Counted from the stretch's first letter, positions 1-14,427 are shown. The stretch is DNA of 64,000 nucleotides from Octopus bimaculoides (GCF_001194135.2 NC_069005.1:902194-966193); one strand, 5' to 3'. Notes: a model not told the origin generated them from the sequence alone. Numbers and translations are program-made.

Positions 1-115
1 TACTCCTGTATGTAATATGTGTGTATGTATACATATGTATGTCTATGTGTGTGTGTGTGTATGTACGTATGTATGTATGTATGTATGTATATATGTATAT
101 ATGTATGTATGTATG

Positions 116-149
<34 letters not shown>

Positions 150-157
150 TGTATGTT
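1..157. repeat. (TATG)n/(TG)n microsatellite
   Basis: Directly visible. Confidence 0.9.
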
Positions 158-1529
158 TGTATATCAGCAGATGCTCCTATAAATGTTTTCCTGGTGAATT
201 GTAACTTCAGATATTTCAGTTTAAATAACTTGGCAACCAGCAGTACGAACCAATCAATCAAAGCCATTTCAACATGTGGAATATGTCTGCTGTACTGCAG
301 CTAATCTATTAAATCATTACTTGGCAATCAAAATTTTAAAGATCAATATAAGATATGTTATTGAATTGAAATTTCAAAATTGTACAGTTTTATTTTATTG
401 ATTAAGCTTCAATCAAGATGAAAGACATGACAGTATATAACACGATACGAAATATGGTGATTTTTCATCAATAATTGAGACTTTCCTTAGTGATTGCCAG
501 AAGACATATATATAGGTGTGAAGGCCATTAGGTAGGTAAGGTGGCTGGTTGGCAATCTGGTTCCATGTTTTGGTTCACTTGGCAATTACATGGAATGGAT
601 CAGTGTTATATTTCTTCTTATTTCACAATAATTTTAAAAGCTGCCTCTTGATTAGTTTTTCAAATTGATGACAGAAGCTATAGTGAATAAAACTTTACAT
701 TTACAATCTCCTCCTCCTCCTCCTACCCCCTCTTTCTCAGCTAAATATTACATAACATTAAAAAAATCAATCAGGTTTTACCATCTTACAAATTCTGTTT
801 TTAGATGATTGTGTTAATTTTTTTTTTACTTTGGTTTAATTCAAATGACATTAGTAAATATGAAACATTTAATTTCCCCCTTGATAATTACAAGGAGATA
901 ATTAGAATTATCAATGAAACAAACTGATGAGACTGAGCTTATCTTACATTTAAATGAAATCATTTACAGACAAATAAATCGGCAGATATCTGATCATGTT
1001 TATGGCAGTAGTTTTGGTCCTTTTGTTACATTCTTTTCAACCCCAGTTATTAACAGAGAGAGAGAACAGTACTTAAGTAAGAATAGAAGGTCATCATGGA
1101 ATATTTTCAAATTGCAAAAGGGACAGAGGATGAAAGAAGGGTGGGCTGGGTGAGGTTGCAAGAATCTGTGGTGAGAGTGAGAGATGGCTAGAGACGAGGG
1201 AGGGAGAGTTAGATATAGTGAATGGTGACAAAGTGTGGAGGAGTGGTCTATGGTAAATGTGAGTTGGGGGGGGAGATGATGATAATAGTTATGTATGGAC
1301 CTTTTGAGTGATGTGGGTGACTGAAGAAAATTTTTAACTGGGCCCCACCTGCAAAGTCATGTGTTGTTTATCTTGATATGAGATCACCATGTTACACATG
1401 TATGGTTGTGATGCATGTGCCTGGTGTACCCTTATCAGCCGGGTAGTCATGATGGGTATACTGGGCTTCATATATTTTACCCCAGTGTCACTTTGAGGCA
1501 TGGACTGCTCTCTCACTCAAGAAGAAGAA

Positions 1530-1576
<47 letters not shown>

Positions 1577-2736
1577 AATAAAGGAAGGATGAGAAAAATG
1601 GAGATGATGGATGTGTATGGGTGAGTGGAGAGTAAGAGACATACAGTGATGGACAGAGACATGGGTGAATCAATAGGAAGTAGTTCAGAGGAGAGGGAGA
1701 GATGACTGGTAGCACAGATAAAGATGATGAAATATGCAATTCTTCTCTCATTTAATTATAGCAGCAAAATACTACAAGCGATAGTAGCATGTCCATGTCT
1801 CCCTCTTTACAGAATCACTAAATGCAGGTATGTGATAACCCACTTGTTCACACTTCGCAACCACATCCTGATTCTCTCTGCTGTTTTGCAATGTAGAATA
1901 TATCATGTCTCTAGTTCCTATGTTGTAGAACATTGGCAAACCTCATACTTTCTGGTTCCTCCCTGGCTTAATAAACCTGTCACCTAGCTTCTCTTCTCAC
2001 TATCCATTTTAATTTTCTGCTGGCTCCATTCTTCCAATCTTTCCAAATTTTCTAAAACTCATTGAAATGTGCCTCTCCAGTCAACAATAAATCTTTCATT
2101 TTCAAATATACATATATTTAAATAACACCACAGTAACACAACTTATTCGAAATGCTGAACATATGAGTCAAGTCCATTTTATTCTTTCTTCATATAATTA
2201 TTAGCTGTTTATATATTTATATGTATGTATTCCCTGATACAATAGACATTATATTTTCGCTTAGAAGCCTCATCACCTATGATCATTCAGTCCTTTAGGT
2301 CTCAAACACAAAATTCACTCATCAAGATCAGCTTAAATTGAGCAGCGATCAATACTGTTGAATACTCCAGTCTTTAATTTCATGGTAGATCAATGAAGCC
2401 AACAAAAGAGGCATCAATATCCTTTGTTGTACCCTGTATGCTGTAAGTTATTGATATACCTAATTAAAAATTATCCACGTCCATTAGTTTGATTTTAGTT
2501 ATTTTGGTATTATGATTTTTGCTATGTATTAATTCCCAACCATTCCCTATTGGTGAATAAACAAACTAGATTTATATTTCTGCTAGAATGTTCTGTATGT
2601 ATCAATTTATTGTCCTTCATCACCACTAGATTGGACTATAGAAACTATTTTGTATGAATATTTAGTTTCTTCATTCAAAACATGAATGCATATCTATGTA
2701 CATGCATATGTAAGTGTGTGTGTGTGTGTGTGTGTA

Positions 2737-3340
2737 CAGGGTGTGGTGAATAAACTGTTGTCTAAATTATGCAAAAATGAAAATAACACTGACATCTCAT
2801 TTTAACAGATATATTTACCAAAATTACATGAAAATATCGTGAAATACCAAAGAGTAAATTTAATCAATAAAATCGCCATTGGCTTCGACCATGGCCTCCA
2901 GAGGACTTCAGAATCTCCTGTAACTCTTCTGGGTGGTCTCCTTGTTTAAGTTAGTGAATGCTGCCATAATCCTTGCCTTCAGTTCATCTTTGGTGTTACA
3001 AAGAGTTTTGTTGGTCTCTTGCTCAACTGCGCCCCACACATTATAATCAAGGGGGTTGCAGTCTGGGGAGTTAGGTGGTCAGATGTTAGGGGTGATGTGG
3101 TCACAGAAATTGTCTGACAGCCACAACTGGGTTCTCCTGCTTTAGTGGCATGGTGTAGAGTCCTGTTGCCAGACATAGGTTCTTCCAGCAGTCACCCTCT
3201 TGACTCAGGGCAGCATTACCTCCTCTGAGTCTGAGGCCATGTGAAAAAATGAATGTAGCCATAACGTCACCATCACAAGTGATCACTTGAAACACCATGA
3301 TGTTGACTGGATGTTTGTTTTGTATCACTCTCAGTTCATG
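2737..3340 (-). mobile_element. Degenerate Tc1/mariner (maT/DD37D-like) transposase relic, 3' half
   Basis: Minus strand reads HPVNIMVF..ITCDGDVM and YVWQQDSTPCH*...*PPNSPDCNPLDYNVWGAVEQETNK, with stops and frameshifts. The left end is TA|CAGGGTG at 2735-2743. Confidence 0.85.
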
Positions 3341-3586
3341 TCCTCAGATTGACATCCAAACACTCTGAAATGTTCGTACTGGAGCATCTGGCATGAATGC
3401 CAAGCAGTACAGCATGTAATTTCCAAATTTCTGGCAGAGTGAATTGTGTCATGGTGCTGTTTTTGTCACAGACAGTGCCCAACTGATCCTACTATACTGT
3501 GTAGTCAACAAAATCAAAAACAAACAATGTGCTTGTGTGAAATTAAAAATATAAATGGCAACAATTTACCCATCGCACCCTGTATG

Positions 3587-3621
<35 letters not shown>

Positions 3622-3937
3622 TCATTCTTGTATTCATTCATTCATTCATTCTAAACCATGTGAACAGAAAAACCACATCATTGACTCCCAGACATGTATC
3701 AGCCTCTGGCACATAGATGTACTGTTTCATTTCCTTGCCTGCCCTTTTTTTGCTGCCACTACAATTGTTTCTATTTCTGAGATCTGGACTAGTGTGTGCC
3801 ATGCTTCTTTCACTCAACCACTTCTGACTCATTTGTTTCTCCTCTTCTCATCACCCATCACAAACAAAAAGAAAAGAAATATGGCAACATGGGAAAATAG
3901 ATGCTAAAACAGATTATTCTTATATTATAGTAATGTA

Positions 3938-4156
3938 AAGCCAGCAAGCTGGCAGAATCATTGCCATGCCAAGCAAAATGCTTAGAGATATTTGGTCCGT
4001 CTTCAGGTTTTGAGTTCAAATTCTGCTGAGGCGAACTTTGTCTTTCGTCCTTTTGGGGTCGATAAAATAAGTACTAGTTGATCACTGGGGTCGATGTAAT
4101 CAACTTGCACCCCTCTCCCAAAATTGCTGGCCTTGTGCCAAAATCTGAAACCATAT
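3938..4156 (+). mobile_element. tRNA-derived SINE family A, full length
   Basis: A-box-like TGGCAGAATCATT, B-box-like GAGTTCAAATTC, core ctttcgtccttttggggtcgataaaataagtac, 3' ggccttgtgcc. Homologous copies throughout the window. Confidence 0.8.
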
Positions 4157-5269
4157 TATAGTTATATATGCAAATCCAAGAACGTTGCTTTTGAATTCAT
4201 ACATCAATGAATGTTTTATCTTCTGAAAGAAGTTAACGAAAGAAAGGAAAGAGAAAAAGAAAGAGAATGAATGAGTGAGGGTATGATATGTATACATACA
4301 TAACCTCATGTATAGATGTACGTACACACACGTCATACAAATTCCCTGCATATTTCCGTACAGTGAAATGTTAAATTGTTAATACACATTTTATTTTTAT
4401 AGAAGTTTTTGTTATTTTATTTTTGTCACTTTTGTTTTTGTTTTTTTTTAGTATTATTTGACATTCCAAACGTATATAATTTGGCTTTTGCCTGGTATTC
4501 TACAGTTGAATTCTTGGAGTTTGTTTTTTGATTTATAGACCTGTTTTGTTTTTTTGTGCCAAAACATAAACTACATTTTTTTTAATGTCCTTTTTGTAAA
4601 TATTCTCATTACATGAATTGAAATAGTTTTAGAAATTGAACCATTGGCATAAATTGTTTGACTAGATATTTGGCACTGTACTGATCTGCATGTAATTCTT
4701 CAAGCAGTTTCTTGATAGTCTATTTGATTCCCGAAACACAGCACACCTACATTTTTCTCCCTATTCTGAAATCAGTTACGGATGGAATTGACTTTTCTTT
4801 TAACCTACTTCAGAAAAAGCTAATAAAATATATCCTAGTTGTTGGCTGAGGTCCTAGAAATGGTCAGCTCACTTTTTTTTATTTTGGCCAATGGCTAAGG
4901 CAAAAGATGCTGTTTGGTGGTCATGTTTCAAAAGATTAGGGCAGAATTTTAGCTCAATGTTCAATCCTCATCAACTTCTTCAAGTTCAACTTGCAGCAGA
5001 AAGTGGAAACTGAAAGAGGAAGGTGCCATTTGTTCTTTATCAAATTTTATCAAATGTTGGTACAAGTGGTGCCTATAAGTGGGCTGTTATTTGAATTCTG
5101 CTGGAAGAACAAGAGAAGCTGTGTACCCCGTAGTCCCGAATGAAAGATGAAAACTACAAAGATGTACGTGATATGCAAGATAAATGATGTGAAATAACTT
5201 TAGTGGTGAGAGCAGTCCAGAGAGCAGTGGAGGCAGCCAATCTCAGTGAGTGGTTGTGCTTGTTGTTAA

Positions 5270-5630
5270 TGTTGGCAACTGGTAGTGTTCAGTGTTTATA
5301 TCAGCCACTAGTAGTGTTCATTGCTAATTGCCAATAACCAGGAATATAATGCTAATATTAGTAACAAATAGTGTGCACTGCTAATGTCAACAACCAGTAG
5401 TGTTTATTGCTAATTGCCAGTGACTAGGAGTGTGTTGCTAATATTAGTAACTAGTAGTGTATGTTGATAATGTCAGTACCTGATAGGAGCTACTAGTGTA
5501 TGGGGTGGTAATACCAGCAACTAGTACTGTGCACGTATGTGTGATCATGTGTGTTTTGTCGATGTCAGCAATTGCTAATGTTAGTAACTAGTAATATTTT
5601 GTTGCTAATGCCAGCAACTGGTAGTCTTCG
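5270..5630. repeat. Degenerate ~29-bp minisatellite with ~86-bp higher-order unit
   Basis: gtagtgtt[c/t]attgctaattgcca recurs at 5311 and 5397; the sub-unit tgctaat[a/g]t[t/c]ag[t/c]aactagtag repeats. Confidence 0.7.
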
Positions 5631-6312
5631 TTATCACCTGTTGGCATAATATCCCTAATACTTTTATATTATACATTTCCAATGAATCTAAAGCACCTTA
5701 ACAAATAAATCCTATAGAAATAGTCATCTCTCGATTGAGGGTAGTGGGGTGGGTTGAGGATTAAAATCTAAGTCCATTGCCAACCACCCTGCGGTTAAAC
5801 TACATCCATTTGGTAATTTTTTTTTTTTCCAGTCATCTGATTCTAGTTATTGCCTGTCAGACTGTATCGTAACAAATGCACTATTTCTTTAGTATGGTAT
5901 TTGACATTTCAAGTAAATTAGAACAGTAATAATGTGGGCTTCTTGCTTTGAGGAGATTTGTTCATGTGACATGTTTGTTAGCCTCAAACATTTAGAAAAT
6001 TTTTGTTCTTAAACCATTAAGCCCAATGAAGTATTTCTGATGAGCTACCAATGATAGGAGCTTACAACTTATATATTAGTTTGACAGTCATGGTATCTTG
6101 TATGCAAGTAACATGTCACAATAAGATTTGTTGTTTTCTTTTTAATGCTAAACACACTGTTTTCTCTTTAGTATTGACTTATAGTGAATGGCAAAATACT
6201 ATGTAGTTGGTTACCTTAGATTTCCAGTATAATGTGAAAATATTTTCACCTGAAAAATTTATTGTGATTCAGCTAATAAAATGAGATAAAAAGCCATGAC
6301 TATAATATTTCA

Positions 6313-6353
<41 letters not shown>

Positions 6354-6545
6354 ATAGAATACTGGACAGTACAACTGAATGTTCACTTCATTATAACTAA
6401 ATCAGTGATATCTATATCCGTCTCTCTCTCTCTCTCTCTCTCTCCATATATATATCTATCTATCTATCTATATATATATATATTATATAGGTTAAATAAA
6501 ATTAGACAACAAAGCCAAGGCAGTGTGAAATTTCTAGCACTTACA

Positions 6546-7010
6546 TAGCCTTACCTGCCTTTTAGATGGCTCCAGACTGATCTGGTAAGGTTTCTACAGC
6601 TGGATGCCCTTCCTGATGCCAACCACTCCGAGAGTGTAGTGGGTGCTTTTTATGTGCCACTGGCACAGGAGCCAGTCGAGGGGCACTGGCATCAACCACG
6701 TTCGGAGGGTGCTTTTTATGTGCCCTCAGCACAGGAGCCAGTTGGGGGTACTGGCATCAACCATGTTCAGATGGTGCTTTTTATGTACCACGGCACAAGG
6801 TGCCAGTCAGGCGGCACAGACATCGGCCTCAACTACGATTTTGATTTTGATTTTACTTGACTCAATAGGTCTTCTCAAGCGCAGCGTATCACCCGACAAT
6901 TCAAGGGTACTTTTAAATGGGCTGGTTATGCAACACTGGTATCAGTTATGGCTATGATCTCACTTTACTTGCCAGGTCTTCTCAATCACAGCATATCTCC
7001 AAAGGTCTCA
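6546..7010 (-). mobile_element. RTE-type LINE 3' fragment (family C) with internal ~65-bp tandem units
   Basis: ttctacagctggatgcccttcctgatgccaaccactc; the motif ggtgctttttatgt recurs at 6642, 6708 and 6773. Confidence 0.7.
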
Positions 7011-7419
7011 ATCTACACACACACACACACACACATACACATAATGTCAGAAACAATTCTTATTGTTATTTCTATCTAAGGCACAAGACCTGAAATTGGA
7101 GAAAAAGCGGGTAATTAATATATCAGATCAACTCCAGTATGTGATGTAACTGATATTTTCTTTTACTGACAGTGTAAGGATAACAGGTATGTTGGTTTGG
7201 TTTGTCCAGAGTGTCTAATGAAATACTTATCTTGGGATAATCCTTTATCCGTCAAAGACTACTGTATAATCTGTTTGGATCAATAAATGTTTTCCCATGG
7301 ATTTATTTATAATCAATTACCATGCAACCTACTTTTAAGGCTGAATACAATTCTATCAAGTGGTTATTACCTTTGTTGATGACACCAAAACTTGGCTGTA
7401 AACTGCCAATTAGGCTCAA

Positions 7420-7476
<57 letters not shown>

Positions 7477-8369
7477 AAGAAAGCATTCATGTAATTGTGG
7501 TAATGTATGCAACACAGATGGCAGACATGCTTTTCAAGTAGAGTGAACAATAGGAGAATTATTCAATCCAACATTGTCAACAATCTTCCGCGTAAGTGCC
7601 CTTTATCAGCAGGGTTGGCAAACATCATTGAACTGTTAAATTCGTTTAATGCAAACCTATTTCACCTGAATGATAAAAGCATTAATGCCTCCACAAAATG
7701 CAAAACACCCATGATGCTTGTTACTCACCCTCTCTTACTGGTGATATGCTCCCAGTGCTATACAGGGGTAGATTTCACACCTGCTTCACATCAAGAAAGC
7801 AGAGTCATGTCATAAGCCTCTATGAATCTCTGATGAGAGGTCAGTGCCTTTTTAGGAAGGGCTTAGATGAAACATTGAAATATTCCTACTTACAAATACG
7901 ATCATTGCCTGATATATTATAAAAATATACTAAACAAAGCAATAACTTATATGTAATTATAGACAGGTACTGGCAACGAATTTCATTAACAGACACACCC
8001 ACAGCAAAAAAAGGTGGGTTTGATTATTTCTAATGTTTAAATACAATCATGCAAAATGTGGTTGTTAAGAAAATATATAATAATAATAATAACATACTTT
8101 ATTAACTAATATATGAGTGCCTGTGTTTTCTGACTCATGGATTTCTTAGTCCTGGTGGCATGACAAAAAAATGCAACCAATACACTCTAAAGTGGATGGT
8201 TTATTTTAAAAGCACTGTTTCATGGCTTTTTTCTTTCTTTCTTTCTTTTTTGTCTTTTCATAACTGTTCTACTAATTACAAACCTATGTAGTACTTCATT
8301 CCTGCCCAGTGTTTAATTCTGGGTGTTCTGTTCTGTTGCAACAACAGCTTAACCTTTTTGTATTTTTAG

Positions 8370-8498
8370 GCCCAACTTTAGTGAATGAAACTGACTGTTT
8401 GGGCAGGACTCCATTGATGTATGCTATTCATTATAATCAGCTGGAAGCTTTGAAATGCCTTCTAGATAAAAATGCTGATGTCAATATATCAGCTCATG
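8370..8498 (+). CDS. Ankyrin-repeat protein (ANKRD55/inversin-like), first coding exon found in window; 129 nt, phase 1-1
   Basis: Acceptor tttttgtatttttag|G and donor CATG|gtaagt. Encodes GPTLVNETDCLGRTPLMYAIHYNQLEALKCLLDKNADVNISAH, a canonical ankyrin repeat. It starts in phase 1, so an upstream exon is required. Confidence 0.93.
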
Positions 8499-10385
8499 GT
8501 AAGTCAATTATTATTATCATTTCTTTTTTTTTTATTGACCGTAGGTCATCAGGTACATCACAGAACCCGAATGTGTATGCATCCTTAAGCTCATGTTTAC
8601 ACACATTCACTAAGTACTATGGATGACTAATATCAAAGAATATTTTTTTTTACTTTCCTTTTTCCTTAATCAATGGTAATTTAGTCAATGAGCTTCTTTT
8701 ATATTGACTGTTTCATTATTTTATCATTGGTTGCTCAGTGCAGACTTTGGGGCTGGAAAAATTCAATTGTTGACCTAGTAGGAAAAAAAAAGAAGAAAAT
8801 GCCAACATTTTTTTGATGCTTAAATGCTTATTTTACGACTACATGTAAGTTTATATGAGATTGTTTTAAACACTGTCTTGCTATTGTCAAGATAAGGAGT
8901 GAAACATAAATAATAAAGGATACTTTTTATAATAGCAATGATTTTGAGGGAACAAGGTATTTTATGTCAATTGTATTTGTGTGCCATAAGGAATTCCTTA
9001 TGTATGTAATGTATACAACAAAGTAATTCATTGCCTTTGGCTCCAAGTCTTATCCACTGAAGTCACAAGCAAGGACATCTTATTTTATTATTTATTTCAG
9101 TCAAGTGCAGCAATTGTCATAGCTATTCCAGGCAGGTAAAGTCAATAAAATCAATTCTACAAATCCAATGTTTGTAGGGTAAACATCCGCAGGAAAAGAG
9201 TTTTTGAGAATTGCAATTTTGGAGTTGCAATTATACTTCAACAGACTTTATGTTCCCTTTTTAACCTTTTCATACCAACATGTCTGAAGTTGTCCCTCTC
9301 ATAGCTCTATTTTCTGACATACAAATCAACACAGTAAATAGTGTAAACATGTGAATCCAGTCAAACATCATCACTATCTTTCTAAATCCTGTTGCATTTC
9401 ACATGAAATTTTTGGTCTACTAAAGCTGTTTTGATGTGTAAATCAACCTTCCTTTTTGGGCTATAAATTTTGGTCTGAAAAATTCAACTTGTATGCTGAA
9501 AAATACTTAAAACTTTTGATTTTAAAGCATTCGTCTTTTAATCAAATTCTTCCAATCTTTCAATATAACCTGAGAGCATAAAGGCATAAACGCTTTTTAT
9601 GATTTCGGTTTTTGTTTGGTAAGATTCTTGACGTGAACTTGTGTGTTGAAACATAATCTGTTGTGTCTCAGGAGAGTCATTACGCCAATAATAAACACAT
9701 GCACTGGTTCTTTTTCACTTCTTGTTTTTTATTGCTCAGTTGATTAAACCATTTAACCAATAAACTAATCAACTGTTTGATTAATCAATCAATCAACCAA
9801 CAAACCAACCAACCAACCAATCAATCATTCAGGTTTGTCAAAGTCCTTTCATCACCATTCACCATCTCATCAATCAAATGCCCTTTTTACTCCCCTTTGC
9901 CCCAAAACACCAGTTTAGTGAAAAAAATTACTTACACTGAATCCCCACAAATTCTTGGTTATTTTCAAAATTAATTCAAGCCTAGACGCTCAGTTGTGGT
10001 TCATTAGAAATGCATTTTAGTATAGAATGGTTAGAAAAGGGTGAAAACTATTGACTATAAACAAACTCACCCTTCCCCGTTTTTCTTTTCACTTTTAAAC
10101 TTCTCTATCTCCTGAAACCTAGTTTTCAGCTGTTTACATTTCCTCCCAAAACATTCCTTTGAGCTCAGGATTAATGTCACCCACCACCACCACCATCATT
10201 ATAGTCATTGCCATCACCACCACCACCAACCACCACCAACAACAACACTACCACTGCCAACCACCACCACCACTTCCATACCACCACCACCATCGCCACC
10301 ACCACTCTTTCAAGTTCCACTCACATGTACTGCCAGCTGTGTCTGAGTGGTACAATGTTGCCACCAGTCTATGAAACCACAATAG

Positions 10386-10438
<53 letters not shown>

Positions 10439-11994
10439 TCTCTCTTTGTCTATTTCACTCTTCTTAAACAAAAGCTTCAACTTTTCCCTCTTTGCTTTCA
10501 TGCCATTACCATCACCAGCCAGCTAAGCAGCCAGTCTGCTAGCCAAGGAAACTAAGCTGTTATGAAATACCTACTACTACTGCAACCCATTTTACCTATC
10601 CACAAGACTACAAGGGGGTAGGGAAGCTTTTTGCTACTTGGGGGCAAATTGCAAATGCATAAAAACATGTAAAGGTGTGTCTCTGTTTTGAAAACAATGG
10701 GTCTTTAATTCTATAAATTCTAATTAGCATGTTAAATTAAATTCCCAGTTTGGTCTTGAGGCTAAAATCTTTTTCTCATGGATTTTTAGACTTCATCAGT
10801 GAATAGTTTCAAATTTGAAGGTGGAGGAAATTTTTCTATCCCTTAACTCTATGTGGTTACACAAACTGCTAGAAATAACAGCCAAGTCTCTCTGGCTCTA
10901 ATCATACCCAACCCAGTGCCATCTTATAATATTAGGACACACTAAGCAGTTGCCCGGTGGGGGTTTTATGGGTCTAGGGACCCAATTCTATTTTATATAT
11001 GCTGTAGTTTACTGTCAAATATCAGAGGACCCAGTGCATTGATTTACCAAGGGACAATCCTGACCTTATCATCTTAAAAAGTGACAGATATCCCTGAAAA
11101 GATAGGGGATGAGAATCATGGATTGAACGGGGGGGGGGGGGTTCCCTGACACTAAACAACAGTTACAACCTCTCCTAATCTAATCTATGCATTAATCATC
11201 ATCATACATTGCTATTTAGTTCTTCCTACTACACCAATTACCTATGGGGCGAATGAGGGAGACTTGTTGAAAATAGCAGCCAAATCTTCCTCAAATCATA
11301 CTCCTACAGTATTCTAAAAAAAAAAAATAAATAAAGACATCTGGGAAAACATAGTCATTGATACACCAAGTGAAACAGAGGGAGAATGGTTCTGGTTGGA
11401 ATAGTTTTGATTATAGGCCTGCTACTACTTATTCAGACGTCACCATGAGCTGAGCAACCACAACACCAACAACCACAACTACTTATTTATCTCCCCACAT
11501 AGCTCTTTCCCCAGTTCTCATAATGTGGAGGTGGGAGGCTGCTTGTAAGGATGTCTAATCACCTATCTACACCTTCCATGTGTCCCCCATCCCCACTTAT
11601 CCTATCAACTACTAACATAATTGTTTACATACCTACCTATTTGCCTACAGAGCAATTTAAACCCTAGACCCACTGACCCAACTGTACTTGTGCTATGTCT
11701 ACCAACCCTGTCTGCATGTCTGCCTGCCTGCCTGCCTGTCCATTTGTCCAGCTGTATGTGTGCCTATACCTACCTACCTACCTACCTGCTCACCCATCTA
11801 CCTTCTTACTTAGCCACCCAGTAAACATTCAGGTACCCCTGCCCTACCCTGAAGATGCAGCTGAGCATACCAGAGCAGAGAATCACAAAGCATGTTTGTT
11901 ACCGTGAAGCTGCACAAAACACTGACAATAGCAAAACATGCTCATACACATATGTACATACACATACACACATGCATGCACATACACATATGTG

Positions 11995-12029
<35 letters not shown>

Positions 12030-12834
12030 ATGTAACATTAGAATGGGAATTGTTGTACTTTTATAGGTCACTACCAGTGAGCCAGAGATCCTGTATATGG
12101 TCGCTTGACATGCTAGAAACAGCAACCAAATCTCACTCAAATCATACTCAACTGTCAACATCATCATCATCATATATTGTCTGTTTTCCATGCTGTCATG
12201 GGTTGAACAGTGTAATAAAAAAGTGTCAAGTCAAAAGACAGCCGAAAGCTCTGCTGTCCGCTTTGGTGTGGTTTCTATAGATGGATGTCCTTCCTCACAG
12301 CAACCATTTTACAGAGCGTGCTGGGGGAGGCTTTTGGTGTGGCACCAGCAGCAGTAAGATCATCGAGTAACTTGCAACGTGGTGGAGTGTGGGGTGGGGG
12401 GTATTGAGGAACAGAAAGAAAGCATCTTGCAGTAGAGAAGAAATATGGCTGCCTCAGGTGGAGAAAAAGAGAGAGAGTGACAGACAGACAGACAAGGTGA
12501 AGAGGCAATGGGGAATACACCTAAGTTATAGGGAGGTGTACATAGCGAAGTGGTGGAGGGATTTGAGAGGGTGTGTGTGGGTAGGTTCAGAAAGGAGAGT
12601 GGGAGGTGGAGGGTAGAGGGAATGCAGTGAGTGGGCACAGGCAGGGGGAGGGGGGTATTAGGAGGAAATGTTGTGGGGAAGAGATTAGACAGGGACAAAT
12701 ATTGTGTACAGGTAGGTTCATGAGGGAGAATGGGAGTTAGAGGGGAGGAGAAGACAACAGGTGGTGTATTCCCCTTCCTTCTTTCTCTGAGGTGGAGGGA
12801 GGAGGTGTTGGAATAGTAATAATTCTTTTTAGTA

Positions 12835-13031
12835 TGGGCTCAAGACCTAAAATTTTAGGAAGGGGACCTGCCAATTATATCGGTCCCAGTGCTCAACTGG
12901 TACTTATTTTGTCAACCCCAAAAGGATGAAAGACAAAGCCAACCTTAGCAGAGTTTGAACTCAGAATGTAAAGACAAACAGAGTCCTGCTAAGTATTTTG
13001 TCCAGCATGCTAACAATTCTGCCAGCTCACC
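12835..13031 (-). mobile_element. SINE family A copy
   Basis: Reverse complement of the 3938-4156 structure (ggtacttattttgtcaaccccaaaaggatgaaag..tttgaactcag..ctgccagctc). Confidence 0.8.
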
Positions 13032-13584
13032 AGATAATAATAATAATGATAATTCACACACACATTTATATAACCATGCACACACACATGCACACACACA
13101 TGCACACGCACACTCGCACAACGTAGAAGCAAGATGGTCAAATTAAAGTAATGCTTGATCTGTTTTATAGGAGAATGTGGGTTCAAATCTGTTACAAGTA
13201 TTTCACTTGTGTTTGTGGTGGTCAGAACCATTTACTGGTTTAGCTTGCACAACAGTCAACTAATAAAGAAATGAGATCATCTGAAAATATGCTTCATTTC
13301 ATACTTCATCCACTTTATGTTATGAATGTGAAACTAAGCACAAAAACCTAAAAGCTCCTTGTAAGACTGGTGGCATCGATATATAGATTACATTCCACAC
13401 CCCACCCCCACCCAGGGGAAAGAAAGAAAAACTAAAATGTAATATAGCTTATTCATTCACTCAGACACATGCACACACATAGAAGCTCATCGACAACACA
13501 CACATAGAAGCTTCTATACATATATGTACACATACAAAAAAAGAACATTTCGCATCTATATATATTAATATAAATAAACAGGCT

Positions 13585-13607
13585 TACACAGGAACTCACA
13601 CACATCT

Positions 13608-13692
<85 letters not shown>
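13585..13692. repeat. (CA)n microsatellite
   Basis: Long pure CA run. Many other CA, GA and TA runs occur, e.g. 6317-6348, 7423-7466, 10389-10432, 18637-18691, 36798-36844 and 47065-47230. Confidence 0.95.
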
Positions 13693-13694
<2 letters not shown>

Positions 13695-14208
13695 TCAAAT
13701 CTAGGTACTCACACAAATAAAAACGGAAGCATACAGATGTAAGCGGATGTAAATGAACATATTTTTGTAAACTTGACCGAAATCACACACACATTCAGAT
13801 ACACGTGTTTGGGGTATAATGGAATCGGCATTCACACATGTTCCATGATACTTAATATTACTCCGGTTAATATTAAAAGATTGACCTAAAATAAGATCGA
13901 GGTAATATATAGAGAGCCAAGAGTGAGCTACAGTTTTAATAGAAGCGAATGGAAATTGAAAATATTCTGATAGGCCCTGATAAATTTTTTGATAGATTTC
14001 TGATAGAAGTAGGCTACACTTTAAACACAATAAATTNNNNNNNNNNAAAACAAAAATAGCTGATAAACAAGTTTATGTAATCCAAAAAATTGACATAAAA
14101 TATTTACATATGGAGGACAAAATGGAAGTAAAGGGGATTTACTCTCATTTTGTAATTTGAGTTACAAGCTAGTTGTTTGGCACCCTACCATTTTTCACTC
14201 TCCACAGC

Positions 14209-14257
<49 letters not shown>

Positions 14258-14368
14258 ATTCCGAGTTCAAATTCCTCCAAGGTTGACTTTGCCTTTCATC
14301 TTTTCAGAGTCGATAAGTTAAGTACCTTCCCCAACCAAATTTCAGGCCTTGTGCCTATAGTAGAAAGG

Positions 14369-14427
<59 letters not shown>
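14258..14427 (+). mobile_element. 5'-truncated SINE family A copy with (TTA)n tail
   Basis: gagttcaaattcc..gcctttcatc..gtcgataagttaagtacc..ggccttgtgcctatagtagaaagg followed by (att)n. Confidence 0.75.

Noticed and set aside
2389-2442. Possible exon INEANKRGINILCCTLYA ending in gtaagt, superficially ankyrin-like
   Set aside because: Weak acceptor. It is open only in phase 0, whereas exon 8370 needs phase 1, where it contains TGA.
3938-4040. tRNA gene calls for SINE heads with A/B-box-like motifs
   Set aside because: They continue into SINE core and tail sequence and I could not form a full cloverleaf.
4958-5022. MFNPHQLLQVQLAAESGN* as a possible first ankyrin exon
   Set aside because: It has an in-frame TGA and only a poor donor (gtgcca); it would need an assumed sequencing error.
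13701-14030. 109-aa minus-strand ORF near an ACGGAAG motif
   Set aside because: Non-ATG start, no recognisable homology or splice support, and it runs into CA repeats.
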